Shown here piece after piece: positions 49,497 through 59,646 of a stretch of DNA of 64,000 bases (position 1 is its first letter; each line of letters begins with the position of its first letter). The stretch lies in contig JBBRPR010000005.1 in NCBI GenBank assembly GCA_038227875.1, positions 32,001 to 96,000 of the forward strand. Reading direction: 5' to 3'. The stretch is from Planctomycetota bacterium. Lineage in GTDB: Bacteria; Planctomycetota; SZUA-567; H5-PLA8. The position numbers and the translations under genes were made by a program. A model generated the notes under the pieces. The model saw nothing but the letters and a program-made list of their open reading frames with translations, was not told the origin of the DNA and did no database searches.

Positions 49497-49525
49497 TAAG
49501 ACGCCGCGGGTTTGGGATTGTTACA
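49497..49525 (-). promoter_or_regulatory. ECF-type promoter
   Basis: Minus strand TGTAAC-N16-CGTCTTA upstream of the propeller/MoxR operon. Confidence 0.6.
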
Positions 49526-49647
49526 GATCAATTAAATATAGTAGGCAGAAGGCAGCGGCAGCAAGCAGTCTGATGATGGGGACGAACCTTGCGAGAGTAG
49601 CTTGGCGCAAATTTGCGCCATGTTGGCTTTTGACCACTCCCTTGACC

Positions 49648-50085
49648 TTAGGGATTACCACGAAGCGCCATCACTCCGAAGTACGCGGCGACGGCCAGGA
49701 AGAGTGCGACGAGCAGAATCCATGCGGGTGGCAGCGACTTGGCAGTGTCTTCTTCGTCTTCGATCAAGCCTGAGGAGCGGACGCTCGCCTTGGCGGCGGC
49801 GTTGAACTGCTCGGACGGCACCTGCTGGGATTCACGAATCATCTGCTGAACGACGGATTTGCGGAACTCGCCGGAACCCTTCACGCCATCCCAGTTGCGC
49901 ACGACGTTTTTCAAGCCGTTGAGGCGGACCGATTCGGTCGTGCACTTCGAACACGTCGTGAGATGGCGTTCGACGGCGGCCTTCTCCGCGCCGCTGAGTT
50001 CCCGGTCGACGTAATCGGAGAGCAACTCGCGGCATTGCTCGCAGTTCAGTTCCGTGATCGCGGGTTGATTTTTAGTGTCGCTCAT
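49648..50085 (-). CDS. zf-HC2 anti-sigma factor
   Basis: CEQCRELLSDYVD..HLTTCSKC and a C-terminal TM. Confidence 0.88.
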   Translation of the reverse strand: MSDTKNQPAITELNCEQCRELLSDYVDRELSGAEKAAVERHLTTCSKCTTESVRLNGLKNVVRNWDGVKGSGEFRKSVVQQMIRESQQVPSEQFNAAAKASVRSSGLIEDEEDTAKSLPPAWILLVALFLAVAAYFGVMALRGNP

Positions 50086-50289
50086 CGCCCAGCATTCCGT
50101 TTCCGCTTCAGCTACGTGGCCGCGCTGTTACTTACACCGGCCGCACCAACGTCAGTCACTTATTGTGGTCCGGGCGCCCCGCCCGGTCCTCTTGAAAATT
50201 CCGCGCGCCCGTCCCGACAACGTGCCTCTTGAAAGAAGACCACAGTATATAGTTCCCATCCGGACGAAACTATTCCCGCCTTACTGCGC

Positions 50290-50997
50290 CTACTTCTCCT
50301 GAGCCTGAAGAATTTTGAGCGTCTCACGCAACGTTTCGCGGCCGCGCTTGACGCGCATCTTGATCGCGCTGACCGTCACGCCCAGGATTTCCGCGATGTC
50401 TTGGTACTGCATGTGATGGTACTCGACCATCACCAGCGTTGTGCGCTGATCGTCGGGCAGATGGTCGATGGCCTTGCCGATCAGGTGCTGCGCCTCGCGC
50501 CGTTCGGCGTCGCTGAGCGGCGAGGGATCGCCCGAGGCGACGCGTTCGATGATCTTGGTGCCTTCCGGATCTTCGCCGGCCGGTTCGTCGAGCGAAAGCG
50601 TCTGGCGAAGCTTGCCCTTTTTCAATTCGTTGATGCAAAGGTTGGCGGCGATCTTGTAGAGCCACGTCGTGAACTTCGCGACCGGCTGATAGCGCTTGGA
50701 ATTACGGAAGACGCGCAGGAAGGTTTCCTGCGCGATGTCCTCGGCGCCTTCGCGGCTGCGCATGAAGGCGTAGCAGAACGTGATCACCTGGGTTTCGTAG
50801 CGCGAGAGCAGTTCTTCAAACGCGTAGTGCGAACCGTTGGCGAGATGGACCATCAGTGATTCGTCGGTGGCGCCGCCGAGTTCTGTGGGCGGACTGTCCG
50901 GACCGTTGGTGGGCCCCACCAAGTCGGAATTGGGCACGGGAGTGGAGGCGGGATTGGGTGAAGCGGAGGAACTGGTCGTCTGGCCAGGTTCAGTCAT
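50290..50997 (-). CDS. ECF sigma-70 factor
   Basis: AEDIAQETFLRVF, FTTWLYKIAAN and YQDIAEILGVTVSAIKMRVKR. Confidence 0.93.
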   Translation of the reverse strand: MTEPGQTTSSSASPNPASTPVPNSDLVGPTNGPDSPPTELGGATDESLMVHLANGSHYAFEELLSRYETQVITFCYAFMRSREGAEDIAQETFLRVFRNSKRYQPVAKFTTWLYKIAANLCINELKKGKLRQTLSLDEPAGEDPEGTKIIERVASGDPSPLSDAERREAQHLIGKAIDHLPDDQRTTLVMVEYHHMQYQDIAEILGVTVSAIKMRVKRGRETLRETLKILQAQEK

Positions 50998-51112
50998 GGC
51001 AAGCTCTCTCAGTCCCGGCCGTCAGACATTTCCGCCGCGTGGTCCGCGGCAGTTCCGCGGTGCTCTTATTTGACGCGAACGAAAGTCTTAAAGCAATATT
51101 TACTTATACTTC

Positions 51113-51424
51113 TTACGGCGATACGGGGTCACCGTTTGCCTCGATCCACTTTTCTTCCGGCAGTCCGTATTCGAATTCGACGTCCCACTTGGCCTCCTGA
51201 ATCGAGGGGTGGGTTGTCTTCCAGACCAGCGCGCCTTCGCCGTCAAAGCGCGAGACGGAGTAGGCACCGTCGCGGCCGGGGACTTCTTCGAGCACCAACC
51301 TGACGACGCGATGCGTCACATCCGTAAACGAATCCTTGCCGTTCGCTGCCGGGTTGCGCTTGAAGAACCGCACGCGCGGAAATTCCGAGACGCGAATGCT
51401 GGCCTGAAACACTGGATTTGGCAT
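51113..51424 (-). CDS. Small hypothetical protein
   Basis: ATG 51424 with GGAG upstream; no function recognised. Confidence 0.55.
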   Translation of the reverse strand: MPNPVFQASIRVSEFPRVRFFKRNPAANGKDSFTDVTHRVVRLVLEEVPGRDGAYSVSRFDGEGALVWKTTHPSIQEAKWDVEFEYGLPEEKWIEANGDPVSP

Positions 51425-51562
51425 TGCCGAACCGAAACTCTCCGACCGAGCAGTTGAAGGCACAAGCACCACGTCTGGCTCGAAATGTAGCACTTACTGA
51501 TGTTTGCGACAATCTTTAAACCATGAAAGCTTGTTTCGGCAGCAGTTGCCGAGGTATTAAGT

Positions 51563-51624
51563 TGGTGCCACTGGCACGAACGAATCTGAGAGTAGCGAAG
51601 ATTCGGCCTTGCCAGTGCGACCGC
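51563..51624 (-). repeat. 62-bp dispersed hairpin element, copy 2
   Basis: See 35885-35946. Confidence 0.8.
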
Positions 51625-51646
51625 GCTGGGCGACGCGGTCGCGCCA

Positions 51647-52030
51647 TCAGGATAACTCACTTCTTAGTCGCTCACGCCGCCGCGCAAACCACTCGAAGAA
51701 GGCCAGTGTGGATGAAAGCAGGATAATAAACGCGGCTACGTTTATGCCGAGGTTCAATCCGTTCCAGTAGGGATCCCACGGGGGAATGCGATCCCATCGA
51801 ACCCATGGATCGACTTCGATACTAAGAGATTTGTAGGACACCAAGGAAACAGTGGCCATGTTCGCCGGCCAGCCGTACTGCCACGACGGATCCAAATTTG
51901 GTCTGCCGCTCTTGGTATAACCTTCAATTATCTCGACGCTCCGCCGCCGCACATTCAGCCCCAGCATCATCGACGCAACAACCATCGCCATGACCGCGGT
52001 CGAAAGATGAATCTGCCAAAAGCGTCGCAT
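51647..52030 (-). CDS. Small two-TM membrane protein
   Basis: MRRFWQIHLSTAVM.. TM, YGWP and a second TM; GGAGG RBS. Confidence 0.65.
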   Translation of the reverse strand: MRRFWQIHLSTAVMAMVVASMMLGLNVRRRSVEIIEGYTKSGRPNLDPSWQYGWPANMATVSLVSYKSLSIEVDPWVRWDRIPPWDPYWNGLNLGINVAAFIILLSSTLAFFEWFARRRERLRSELS

Positions 52031-52189
52031 CGTCACGCCCTCCAACAGGACAACGAACGTCCGATCGAACTCTTGGACTCGTTCCGTCAAAAAAGTATCA
52101 GAACTTGTTAAGCGCCACGTAGTGCCGCGCGCGTGTCTCTGCATACTGCTCTGGTGCAGGGAAATTAAGCGGGCGATGCGAGGAGCGGG

Positions 52190-53983
52190 ATGCGGGCGTT
52201 TTGGGTGGTTTTATTTCTGTGGTGCTGTGCATCTGCCGCCGAGGACGGGCCGGTCAAGATTGGGCCCCGGGTGGGCGATGCGGCGGCGTGGGGAATTGGA
52301 GAGAGCGTTGCGGACCTGCCGTTGAAATTCCTCGATGGGCCGGCGGGAAAGTTGTCGGATTATTCACTGCGCGCGGCGCTGGTAGTGGCGACGATCGCGC
52401 CGGATTGTCCGGTCTCGCAGAAATACCTGCCGCGGCTGGCGGAATTGCAGAAAAAGTATGACGCTCAGCACGTGGAATTTCTGCTGCTCAACAGTTCTGG
52501 CGATGCGCCAGCCATGCTGCGCACGGCGCTGAAGCGGAGCGGACTGGCCCTACCCGTGGTGCTCGATGACGCGGCCGAGCTGGCGCAAGCCCTGCACGCA
52601 AAAGTAACGACAGACGTCTTTGTGCTCGACCCCGGGCGGAAACTGGTCTATCGCGGCGCGATCGACGACCAGTACGGCATCGGCTACGAACGTGATGCGG
52701 CGAGCCGGAACTATCTCGGCGACGCGCTCGACGCGGTGCTCGCCCACCGCGCCGTTGCCACTGCGGCGACGCTGGCGCCCGGCTGCGAATTGACGTTTCC
52801 CGCGAGGCCGGCGGTGGCCTCGAGTGGGGCGGCCGTTACGTTTCACAATACCATCAGCCGGCTGATGCAGAACAATTGCCAGCAATGCCACCGCCCCGGC
52901 GGCGTGGGTCCGTTTCCGCTGCAGAGCTACAACGAGGTGAAGAAGAAGGCGAACGTGATCCGGCGGGTGACATCGACGCGCGTGATGCCACCGTGGTTCG
53001 CGGATAATTCCATCGGGCACGCATGGGCCAACAACCGGCGACTGTCCGATGGCGATTTGAAATCGCTGCTCGAGTGGATCGACGCGAAATGCCCCGAAGG
53101 CGAAGCCAAAGACGCGCCGCCGCCGCGCGTGTGGGAGAAGGGCGCGGAAGACTGGAACATCGGCACACCCGACGCGATTGTGCAGATCCCCCAACCCGTG
53201 AAGCTTCCGGCGCAGGGGACGATGCCGTACCAGTACATCAAAGTTCAGACGAACTTCACCGAAGATAAATGGGTACAGGCGGTGGAACTGCTGCCGACCA
53301 ACCCGGCGGTTGTGCATCACGCCCAGGTTTTCGTGGTGACCGCGGAAGGCAAGGAATTGTCGGATCCCACGCCGACGAATGGCGGGCGGCCGACGAGCTA
53401 CTTCGCGGCGATGGTGCCCGGCGAAACCGCGTTGGTCTTCCCGGCCGGTTACGCGAAGCTGCTGCCCAGGGGCTGCTCGCTGACGTTTGAAGTTCATTAC
53501 GTGCCCAACGGCGCGCCGGCGTCGGACCAGATCCGCGTCGGAATGGTTTTCGCCCGGACGGCGCCGAAGTTTGAAGTGAAATCGTTCGACATCCGCACCA
53601 ACAATCTGCTGATCAAGCCCGGCGACGCCAATTATTCACAGAGTACGGAGTACACGTTCGAGACGCCGGCCCGCCTGCTGGCCTTTCAGCCGCACATGCA
53701 TCTGCGCGGCAAGGCCTTTTCGTTTGATCTGATTCTCCCCGACGGCCGCACGGAGCCGGTACTGTCGGTGCCGCGTTACGATTTCAACTGGCAGACGTCG
53801 TACCGCCTGAAAGAACCCTGGGACATTCCCAAGGGTTCGCGCCTGCGCGTCACCGGCTGGTACGACAACAGCAAGGACAATCCCGCCAATCCCGACCCAA
53901 CGAAGACGATCCGCGCCGGCGGCGAGACCACCGACGAGATGCTGGTGGGCTTCGGCGAGTGGTGCGCGCGAACGGATGAATGA
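52190..53983 (+). CDS. Redoxin + c-type heme + copper type II (PHM-like) monooxygenase fusion
   Basis: DCPVS..YRGAIDDQY..GC, CQQCH, MPPW, VVHH, HY, PHMHLRG, YDFNWQ and DEM. Confidence 0.85.
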   Translation: MRAFWVVLFLWCCASAAEDGPVKIGPRVGDAAAWGIGESVADLPLKFLDGPAGKLSDYSLRAALVVATIAPDCPVSQKYLPRLAELQKKYDAQHVEFLLLNSSGDAPAMLRTALKRSGLALPVVLDDAAELAQALHAKVTTDVFVLDPGRKLVYRGAIDDQYGIGYERDAASRNYLGDALDAVLAHRAVATAATLAPGCELTFPARPAVASSGAAVTFHNTISRLMQNNCQQCHRPGGVGPFPLQSYNEVKKKANVIRRVTSTRVMPPWFADNSIGHAWANNRRLSDGDLKSLLEWIDAKCPEGEAKDAPPPRVWEKGAEDWNIGTPDAIVQIPQPVKLPAQGTMPYQYIKVQTNFTEDKWVQAVELLPTNPAVVHHAQVFVVTAEGKELSDPTPTNGGRPTSYFAAMVPGETALVFPAGYAKLLPRGCSLTFEVHYVPNGAPASDQIRVGMVFARTAPKFEVKSFDIRTNNLLIKPGDANYSQSTEYTFETPARLLAFQPHMHLRGKAFSFDLILPDGRTEPVLSVPRYDFNWQTSYRLKEPWDIPKGSRLRVTGWYDNSKDNPANPDPTKTIRAGGETTDEMLVGFGEWCARTDE

Positions 53984-53997
53984 GTTGACGCGCGGTG

Positions 53998-55533
53998 TCA
54001 GCGCGGCCGGAATTGAATCTGAAATTCCGCGCGCGGTCCTGCGAGTTCAAGCGTCACGGAGCTCGCATCAATTTGCACGGCTGCCGATTTGCCGTCGATC
54101 GTGGCGTTTAGATTTTCCTGTCGCAGTTCGGAAGGGAAGCGCACGGTCAGTCGTTGACTTGTGGTGCCGGTCGTTTCCGGCACTTGAAGTGTTCCAGTAA
54201 TGCCGCTGGCGTCCATTCTGTAGGTGAGCACCTGACTGCGCCAGTGGAGCGACTGTCCGAATCCGCTGCGCCAGTAGTCTTCGGGAACATTCGGAGCGAG
54301 AATCACGCCGCCCTGCAGTGTGAACTCGACGCCGAACAGAAAGCGTTGAACGATGCGGATCAAATTCGACGCGTATTCGCAATAACCTTCCGGTCCCGCG
54401 GGAGTCAGTTTTTCGCCCGGATAGTAACGTTCGCGCCAGAACCATCCATTTTCGCGGCCGACGGCGCAGACGCGGCGCAACGTTTCGGCAATGCCATCAC
54501 CGTCTTCAAAATTGGCGCGGGCCCAGCATTCCAGAAACCAGACGCGCCCCATCGCGGCCAGATCGTGCCGGTCGGGATGGGTGAACTCCCACGCTTCGTA
54601 CGTCTCCGGTCGCGTGGAAATGCCCGTCGGCATGCCGCCGTAGTAGAACGCCGCTTCCGCGCGCATCCGCGGCCAGAGTATGTCGCGTTGGGCAGCGGTG
54701 GCCATGTTCATGGCGAGCGCGGCCCAATCGGTGTCGGTCAAGCCGTGCCGATCGATGCGTCCGTGCTGAGGATGAATGTATTCTGCAAACTGCGATCCGG
54801 TCCAGAACCGCTGTGAAAATTGTTCAGCGACGCGCGTGGCCAGCAGGTTGTAGCGCTGCGCGCTCGGCGTATTTCCCGCAACGTGGTTCAGCGCACTGAC
54901 CCGTTTCAGCGCATCGGCAACGTAACACTGAGCGACGCCGTCGAATTCAACGCGCACGGGCCGTTCCACGTAATATCCCGCGCCGCCGACGACGCCTTCG
55001 GGAGTGATCAAAGTGGCAAGATAGTCGGCGGCCAGATTCACCGCGGGCAACTGCGTGCGGAGCCACGGCAGATCCTGGGTGTGTCGAAAAATCGAGTCGG
55101 CATTCTGAATGAACGTGGGGCCGGCCAGCGCGCGCAAAGGATCCCCGGCAACCCAGTGGGTGTACAGTCCGCCATTGTCGTCGACGCGCGCGCGGGTGGG
55201 CTCCGGACCAATCTCCTGCGCAGCATTGCCGGGAAGAATGGCCAGCGGCAGTTGTCCGTTGGCACGTTGAAAACCGCGCACATAATCCCAGTTTAATTTT
55301 ACCGTACGCTCCTGCCCCAGCCACAACAGCGCGTCGGTCATCTGATGGCCGTCGAGCGACGGATAGGTGTTGCCATAGCCGAAGCCTTGTCCGTCAGCAC
55401 ACACCGACCAGTAGCCGGGAAAAACCGCGTCGTTCACTGCCGAAAGGACGCTCTTTAGCGCCGCCTGCGCGTAGCCTTCGACGAGGTCCGAATCAGGCAG
55501 CGAAATCCGTGCGACGGTGGAGTTATGACTCAT
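53998..55533 (-). CDS. Putative six-hairpin (alpha/alpha)6 glycosidase
   Basis: Trp/Tyr/Glu-rich helical pattern (GRVWFLE, FWRERY, RFLFGV..LAP); co-directional with AraC. Confidence 0.6.
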   Translation of the reverse strand: MSHNSTVARISLPDSDLVEGYAQAALKSVLSAVNDAVFPGYWSVCADGQGFGYGNTYPSLDGHQMTDALLWLGQERTVKLNWDYVRGFQRANGQLPLAILPGNAAQEIGPEPTRARVDDNGGLYTHWVAGDPLRALAGPTFIQNADSIFRHTQDLPWLRTQLPAVNLAADYLATLITPEGVVGGAGYYVERPVRVEFDGVAQCYVADALKRVSALNHVAGNTPSAQRYNLLATRVAEQFSQRFWTGSQFAEYIHPQHGRIDRHGLTDTDWAALAMNMATAAQRDILWPRMRAEAAFYYGGMPTGISTRPETYEAWEFTHPDRHDLAAMGRVWFLECWARANFEDGDGIAETLRRVCAVGRENGWFWRERYYPGEKLTPAGPEGYCEYASNLIRIVQRFLFGVEFTLQGGVILAPNVPEDYWRSGFGQSLHWRSQVLTYRMDASGITGTLQVPETTGTTSQRLTVRFPSELRQENLNATIDGKSAAVQIDASSVTLELAGPRAEFQIQFRPR

Positions 55534-55586
55534 GAATCAGCGACCCCAATTAAACCTGAGCGCAATGGAAATGGCAGATTTTCCGT

Positions 55587-56495
55587 TCACTTCTTCGCCG
55601 CCTGGCGCGGGGTCTGGCCGAGGTACCTGCGAAAGCAGGCCGCGAGATGTTGCGACGAGTAGTAGCCGAGACGCTCCGACACGCGCGAGACGGTGGCGCC
55701 GGGCGCCGCGAGCAGTTCCTTCGCGCGGGCCAGGCGCGCGCGATGGGCGTATTCCATCGGTGCGGCGCCGACGTCTTTCAGGAAGCAGGCGTGGAAGTGC
55801 GAGGCGCTCATGCCGGAGAGATCGGCGAGTTCGGCGACCGTCGGCCAAGGGCTGGGGCAGCTGTCGAGAAATTCGCGCGCGCGGGAAATGCCCGGAGGGA
55901 TGAAACCTTTTGGCGCCGCGGCCAGCGGCAGCGTGACGAGCGTCGCCAGCATGCCTTGCAGAGCGGAGCGCGCTTTGACGAGGCCGAGCACCGACTGCTC
56001 TTCCAGTGCAGCGAACATGGCCTGGTAAAATGGTTCGAGTTTATCGGCGCCGCGGAGATGCCGATCGGGCAGCGCGTGGACGGCGGCGCAGAGTTCGTTG
56101 GCTTCATCGGAAGGCAGGTTGAGGAAGCGCTTGATTGCCGGCGTGCCGGGCTTGGGGATGCTCAGCGTCAGCCAGTAAATCGTGCAGGGGTGCATCAATT
56201 CGTGAAGGCCACCGTGCGGTTCGTCGGGCCAGGTGAAATAGACGTCACCGCCGCGCAGATCGTATAGGCGCTCCCGCGCCCACCACGTGATGTGCCCGCG
56301 GATGATCAGGCAGATTTCGAACTGGCCTTTGTGCTCGTGCTTACCCAAACCGCCGACGTGAGTAAAGATGTCGAAGCCGAGGTAATTGATTTCCGGGAAC
56401 TGCTTCAAATTGACGGCAACGAAGCGGCGGTGCTTGCGGACCTGGGTGACGGTGATGCCCGCCCTAATCTGCTTCGACAACCGTTGCGCTGCCAT
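55587..56495 (-). CDS. AraC family regulator with cupin sensor
   Basis: HEH..E..EPH cupin motif and a C-terminal double HTH. Confidence 0.9.
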   Translation of the reverse strand: MAAQRLSKQIRAGITVTQVRKHRRFVAVNLKQFPEINYLGFDIFTHVGGLGKHEHKGQFEICLIIRGHITWWARERLYDLRGGDVYFTWPDEPHGGLHELMHPCTIYWLTLSIPKPGTPAIKRFLNLPSDEANELCAAVHALPDRHLRGADKLEPFYQAMFAALEEQSVLGLVKARSALQGMLATLVTLPLAAAPKGFIPPGISRAREFLDSCPSPWPTVAELADLSGMSASHFHACFLKDVGAAPMEYAHRARLARAKELLAAPGATVSRVSERLGYYSSQHLAACFRRYLGQTPRQAAKK

Positions 56496-56647
56496 ATATT
56501 CCTCTTGGAAGAGATGTGTACGATCCTACGGCGAGAGCATGGCAAAGGCAAGCGTGCAGCGCAGGCTTTCCAAGAGGACGAACACGCCGACGTCCAGGTT
56601 CGCGACTAGAATCCTCAATTGGCGTCGAATTTGCACCGTTATCGTGG

Positions 56648-58552
56648 ATGAACTTCGTCGCGACCGATGTTTCCGCACGCACGCGCAAGGCCTCAATCAC
56701 GATAGCCGATGTCTGGCGCTACAAGAACACTGCGGTCGTGGCGCTCTCCATTGTGGCCATTGGCAGCTACTTGCTGCTCCGTTTCGCATTTTTGACAGTC
56801 GCTTTCGCAAACATTCCACTGCTGATCTGCCTGGCAGTGGGCGGCGTTCCGCTGGTGGTTGAATTGTTGCAGAAGGCGTGGCGGCGCGAATTCGGCTCGG
56901 ATCTGCTGGCTGGAATCTCCATTGTCACGTCTGCGCTGCTGGGCGAGTACCTGGCTGGATCGATTGTCGTGCTGATGCTTTCCGGCGGCGCCGCGCTGGA
57001 AAGCTACGCGCTGCGCAGCGCCTCGTCGGTGCTCGCAGCATTGGCCAAGCGCATGCCATCGGTCGCGCACCGCAAGCGCAGCTCCGGCGGCGAGGAGGAT
57101 GTCGCGCTGCTGGACGTGAAAGTCGGCGACGAGCTCGTGATTCATCCCCACGACATTTGTCCGGTGGACGGTGTGGTCTTGAACGGTCACGGCACAATGG
57201 ACGAATCCTTCCTGACCGGCGAGCCTTTCAAGCTGACAAAAACCATCGGCTCGGCGGTGATCTCCGGCGCGATCAACGGCGAGTCGGTCCTGACGATCCG
57301 CGCGGAGAAACTCGCCGCCGATTCGCGGTACGCAAAAATCATGGTGGTGATGAAGGAGTCGGAAGCCACCCGGCCCAACCTGCGCCGGCTGGGCGACCAA
57401 CTTGGCGCGATCTATACGCCGCTGGCCGTCGCCGTCGCGGTGCTGGCGTGGGTGATCAGCGGAGAGGCCCACCGCTTTCTGGCGGTGCTAGTCATTGCCA
57501 CGCCCTGTCCGCTGCTCATCGCGATTCCCGTCGCGATCATCGGCTCGATTTCCCTGTGCGCGCGCCGCGCGATCATTGTGAAGAGTCCGGTGGTGCTGGA
57601 GAAAATCGCGGAATGCCGGACGGCGATTTTCGACAAGACCGGGACGTTGACCTACGGCGAGCCGACGCTCGCCGAGCAGGTCGTCGCGACGGGATTCACC
57701 GCGCCGGACGTGCTGACGTACGCGGCGGGGCTGGAACGATACTCGCGGCATCCGCTGGCGCGCGCGATTCTGGCGGCGGCCAAGGACAGCAACATCGCCA
57801 TTCCGGAATCGAGCGAAGTGAGCGAACCTCCGGGCCAGGGACTGCGGGGAACCGTGGCCGGTCACAGCGTTCAAGTCACCAGCCGCAACAAATTGGTGCG
57901 GGCCGGCACCCCCGGAGCGGAACAGCTTCCGCCGGTCGCGGGTGGATTGGAATGCGTCGTGGTGATCGATAATCGTTATGCGGCGATCTACCGGTTCCGC
58001 GATGCGCCGCGGCCGGAAAGCCGATCGTTCGTCACACATCTGGGGCCCAAGCATCATCTGGATCGCGTCATGATTGTGTCGGGAGACCGGGAGTCGGAAG
58101 TGCGCTATCTGGCCGACCAGGTGGGCGTCCGCGAAATTTACGCGCAGAAGACGCCGGAGGAAAAACTCGAGATTGTGCGCAGCGAAACGGCCAAGGCCAG
58201 CACGCTCTACGTCGGCGACGGCATCAACGACGCGCCCGCGATGATGGCCGCAACCGTCGGCATGGCCATCGGTCAGAACAGCGATGTGACGACCGAAGCC
58301 GCCGGCGTGGTGGTGATGGAGAATTCGCTGAAGAAAGTCGATGAGTTCATGCATATCGCCCGGCGCATGCGCACGATCGCGCTGCAAAGCGCGATCGGCG
58401 GCATGTTGCTGAGCGTGGTGGGCATGGCTCTGGCGGCGTCGGGCGCGATGACGCCGGTGCAGGGAGCCATCAGCCAGGAGGTGATCGACGTCCTCGCGGT
58501 TCTCAATGCGCTGCGCGCTGCCATGCCGCCGCGCGTACTTTCCGACGTGTAA
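56648..58552 (+). CDS. Heavy-metal P-type ATPase, P1B-5-like
   Basis: [29 protein letters not shown] and QEVID. Confidence 0.92.
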   Translation: MNFVATDVSARTRKASITIADVWRYKNTAVVALSIVAIGSYLLLRFAFLTVAFANIPLLICLAVGGVPLVVELLQKAWRREFGSDLLAGISIVTSALLGEYLAGSIVVLMLSGGAALESYALRSASSVLAALAKRMPSVAHRKRSSGGEEDVALLDVKVGDELVIHPHDICPVDGVVLNGHGTMDESFLTGEPFKLTKTIGSAVISGAINGESVLTIRAEKLAADSRYAKIMVVMKESEATRPNLRRLGDQLGAIYTPLAVAVAVLAWVISGEAHRFLAVLVIATPCPLLIAIPVAIIGSISLCARRAIIVKSPVVLEKIAECRTAIFDKTGTLTYGEPTLAEQVVATGFTAPDVLTYAAGLERYSRHPLARAILAAAKDSNIAIPESSEVSEPPGQGLRGTVAGHSVQVTSRNKLVRAGTPGAEQLPPVAGGLECVVVIDNRYAAIYRFRDAPRPESRSFVTHLGPKHHLDRVMIVSGDRESEVRYLADQVGVREIYAQKTPEEKLEIVRSETAKASTLYVGDGINDAPAMMAATVGMAIGQNSDVTTEAAGVVVMENSLKKVDEFMHIARRMRTIALQSAIGGMLLSVVGMALAASGAMTPVQGAISQEVIDVLAVLNALRAAMPPRVLSDV

Positions 58553-58690
58553 TTGGTGACTCGAAATCGGAATCCAGTTCGCGATCCACACGATTGAAGG
58601 AAGCGGTTCAATAGACGTCTAGAGCCGTTGATTAGCCCGCCGGTTACGCTTTGCAACCCGCTCGTGTGGAGAGATTTTGTGTGTTTCAAA

Positions 58691-59224
58691 ATGCCCGGCG
58701 TTCTTTGGGTGATCCTGGCCACGCTGGGTGGCGCTGCGGCATCCGAGGGGCTCCTTCCTCAAGTCGCCACAGTTCAAGAACTCTCCAAACTTGCCAAACC
58801 TGCGAAAGCCAAAGTCATCCTGCTGAATATGTGGGGGCAGAAGTGCAGCCGCTGCATGACGGAACTTCCCGCGATCGTGCGCGTGGTTACGGCTCTCGCT
58901 TCGAATCCAGACGTCGGCTTTATTGGACTCTGCATTCCTGAAGGTGAACTCCAGAAAGACAAGACCCTCGCCGACGCCTGCAGTGCCCTTGCTCAAAAGA
59001 AGAAATTGAATTACCCCAATTACATCTGGGCCGGGACCGGCGATGCGCTGGTCGACGCCTTCAACATTCAGGGCACGCCGTACAACTGCCTGATGACTAC
59101 CGATGGGAAAATCATTGCCGAGCTGGATATTCCCGAGGATCCCGACAAGGCGGTGGAGTACGTGCTGGCTGCCATCCAGAAGGCGCTCAAGGACCCGACG
59201 CCCAAAGAGCGGGGGACAAAATAG
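58691..59224 (+). CDS. TlpA/thioredoxin-like protein
   Basis: Signal-like N-terminus, NMWGQKCSRC..ELP and GTP cis-Pro loop. Confidence 0.8.
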   Translation: MPGVLWVILATLGGAAASEGLLPQVATVQELSKLAKPAKAKVILLNMWGQKCSRCMTELPAIVRVVTALASNPDVGFIGLCIPEGELQKDKTLADACSALAQKKKLNYPNYIWAGTGDALVDAFNIQGTPYNCLMTTDGKIIAELDIPEDPDKAVEYVLAAIQKALKDPTPKERGTK

Positions 59225-59232
59225 CGCAGACC

Positions 59233-59646
59233 ATGACTTCTCCCTCCTCCGACCAATCCAAACAGCCTGCTGCAGCCGGCGCGCTCGATCGGTATTTCAC
59301 GGAGTTTCTCGTCGGAAAATTGCATCAGCCGCTGCTGCCGCAACTACGCAAACTCTCGGTGGTGTGCGCGATCACGATCACCGGCGCGGTGGAACGCTCG
59401 TGGACGCTGACAATCGTGGACGGAATGCTCGAATCCGTCTCCGCTAAACCCGGCACGCCGCAGTGCACGTTCACGCTCGACGCGGCGGCCTTTAGCGCGA
59501 TTGTCTCCGGCCGACTGTCGCCGCAGATGGCGTTCTTCAAACGGCAGGTGGACATCTCCGGGGCGATTGAAATCGGATTGCGCCTGGCCTTTGTGCTCGG
59601 TGATTTTTTCAAAACCTATCCTTACACGGTGGAAGAGATGCGGTGA
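59233..59646 (+). CDS. SCP2 sterol-carrier domain protein
   Basis: WTLTIVDG..CTFTL..IVSGRLSPQMAFF..ISG. Confidence 0.82.
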   Translation: MTSPSSDQSKQPAAAGALDRYFTEFLVGKLHQPLLPQLRKLSVVCAITITGAVERSWTLTIVDGMLESVSAKPGTPQCTFTLDAAAFSAIVSGRLSPQMAFFKRQVDISGAIEIGLRLAFVLGDFFKTYPYTVEEMR

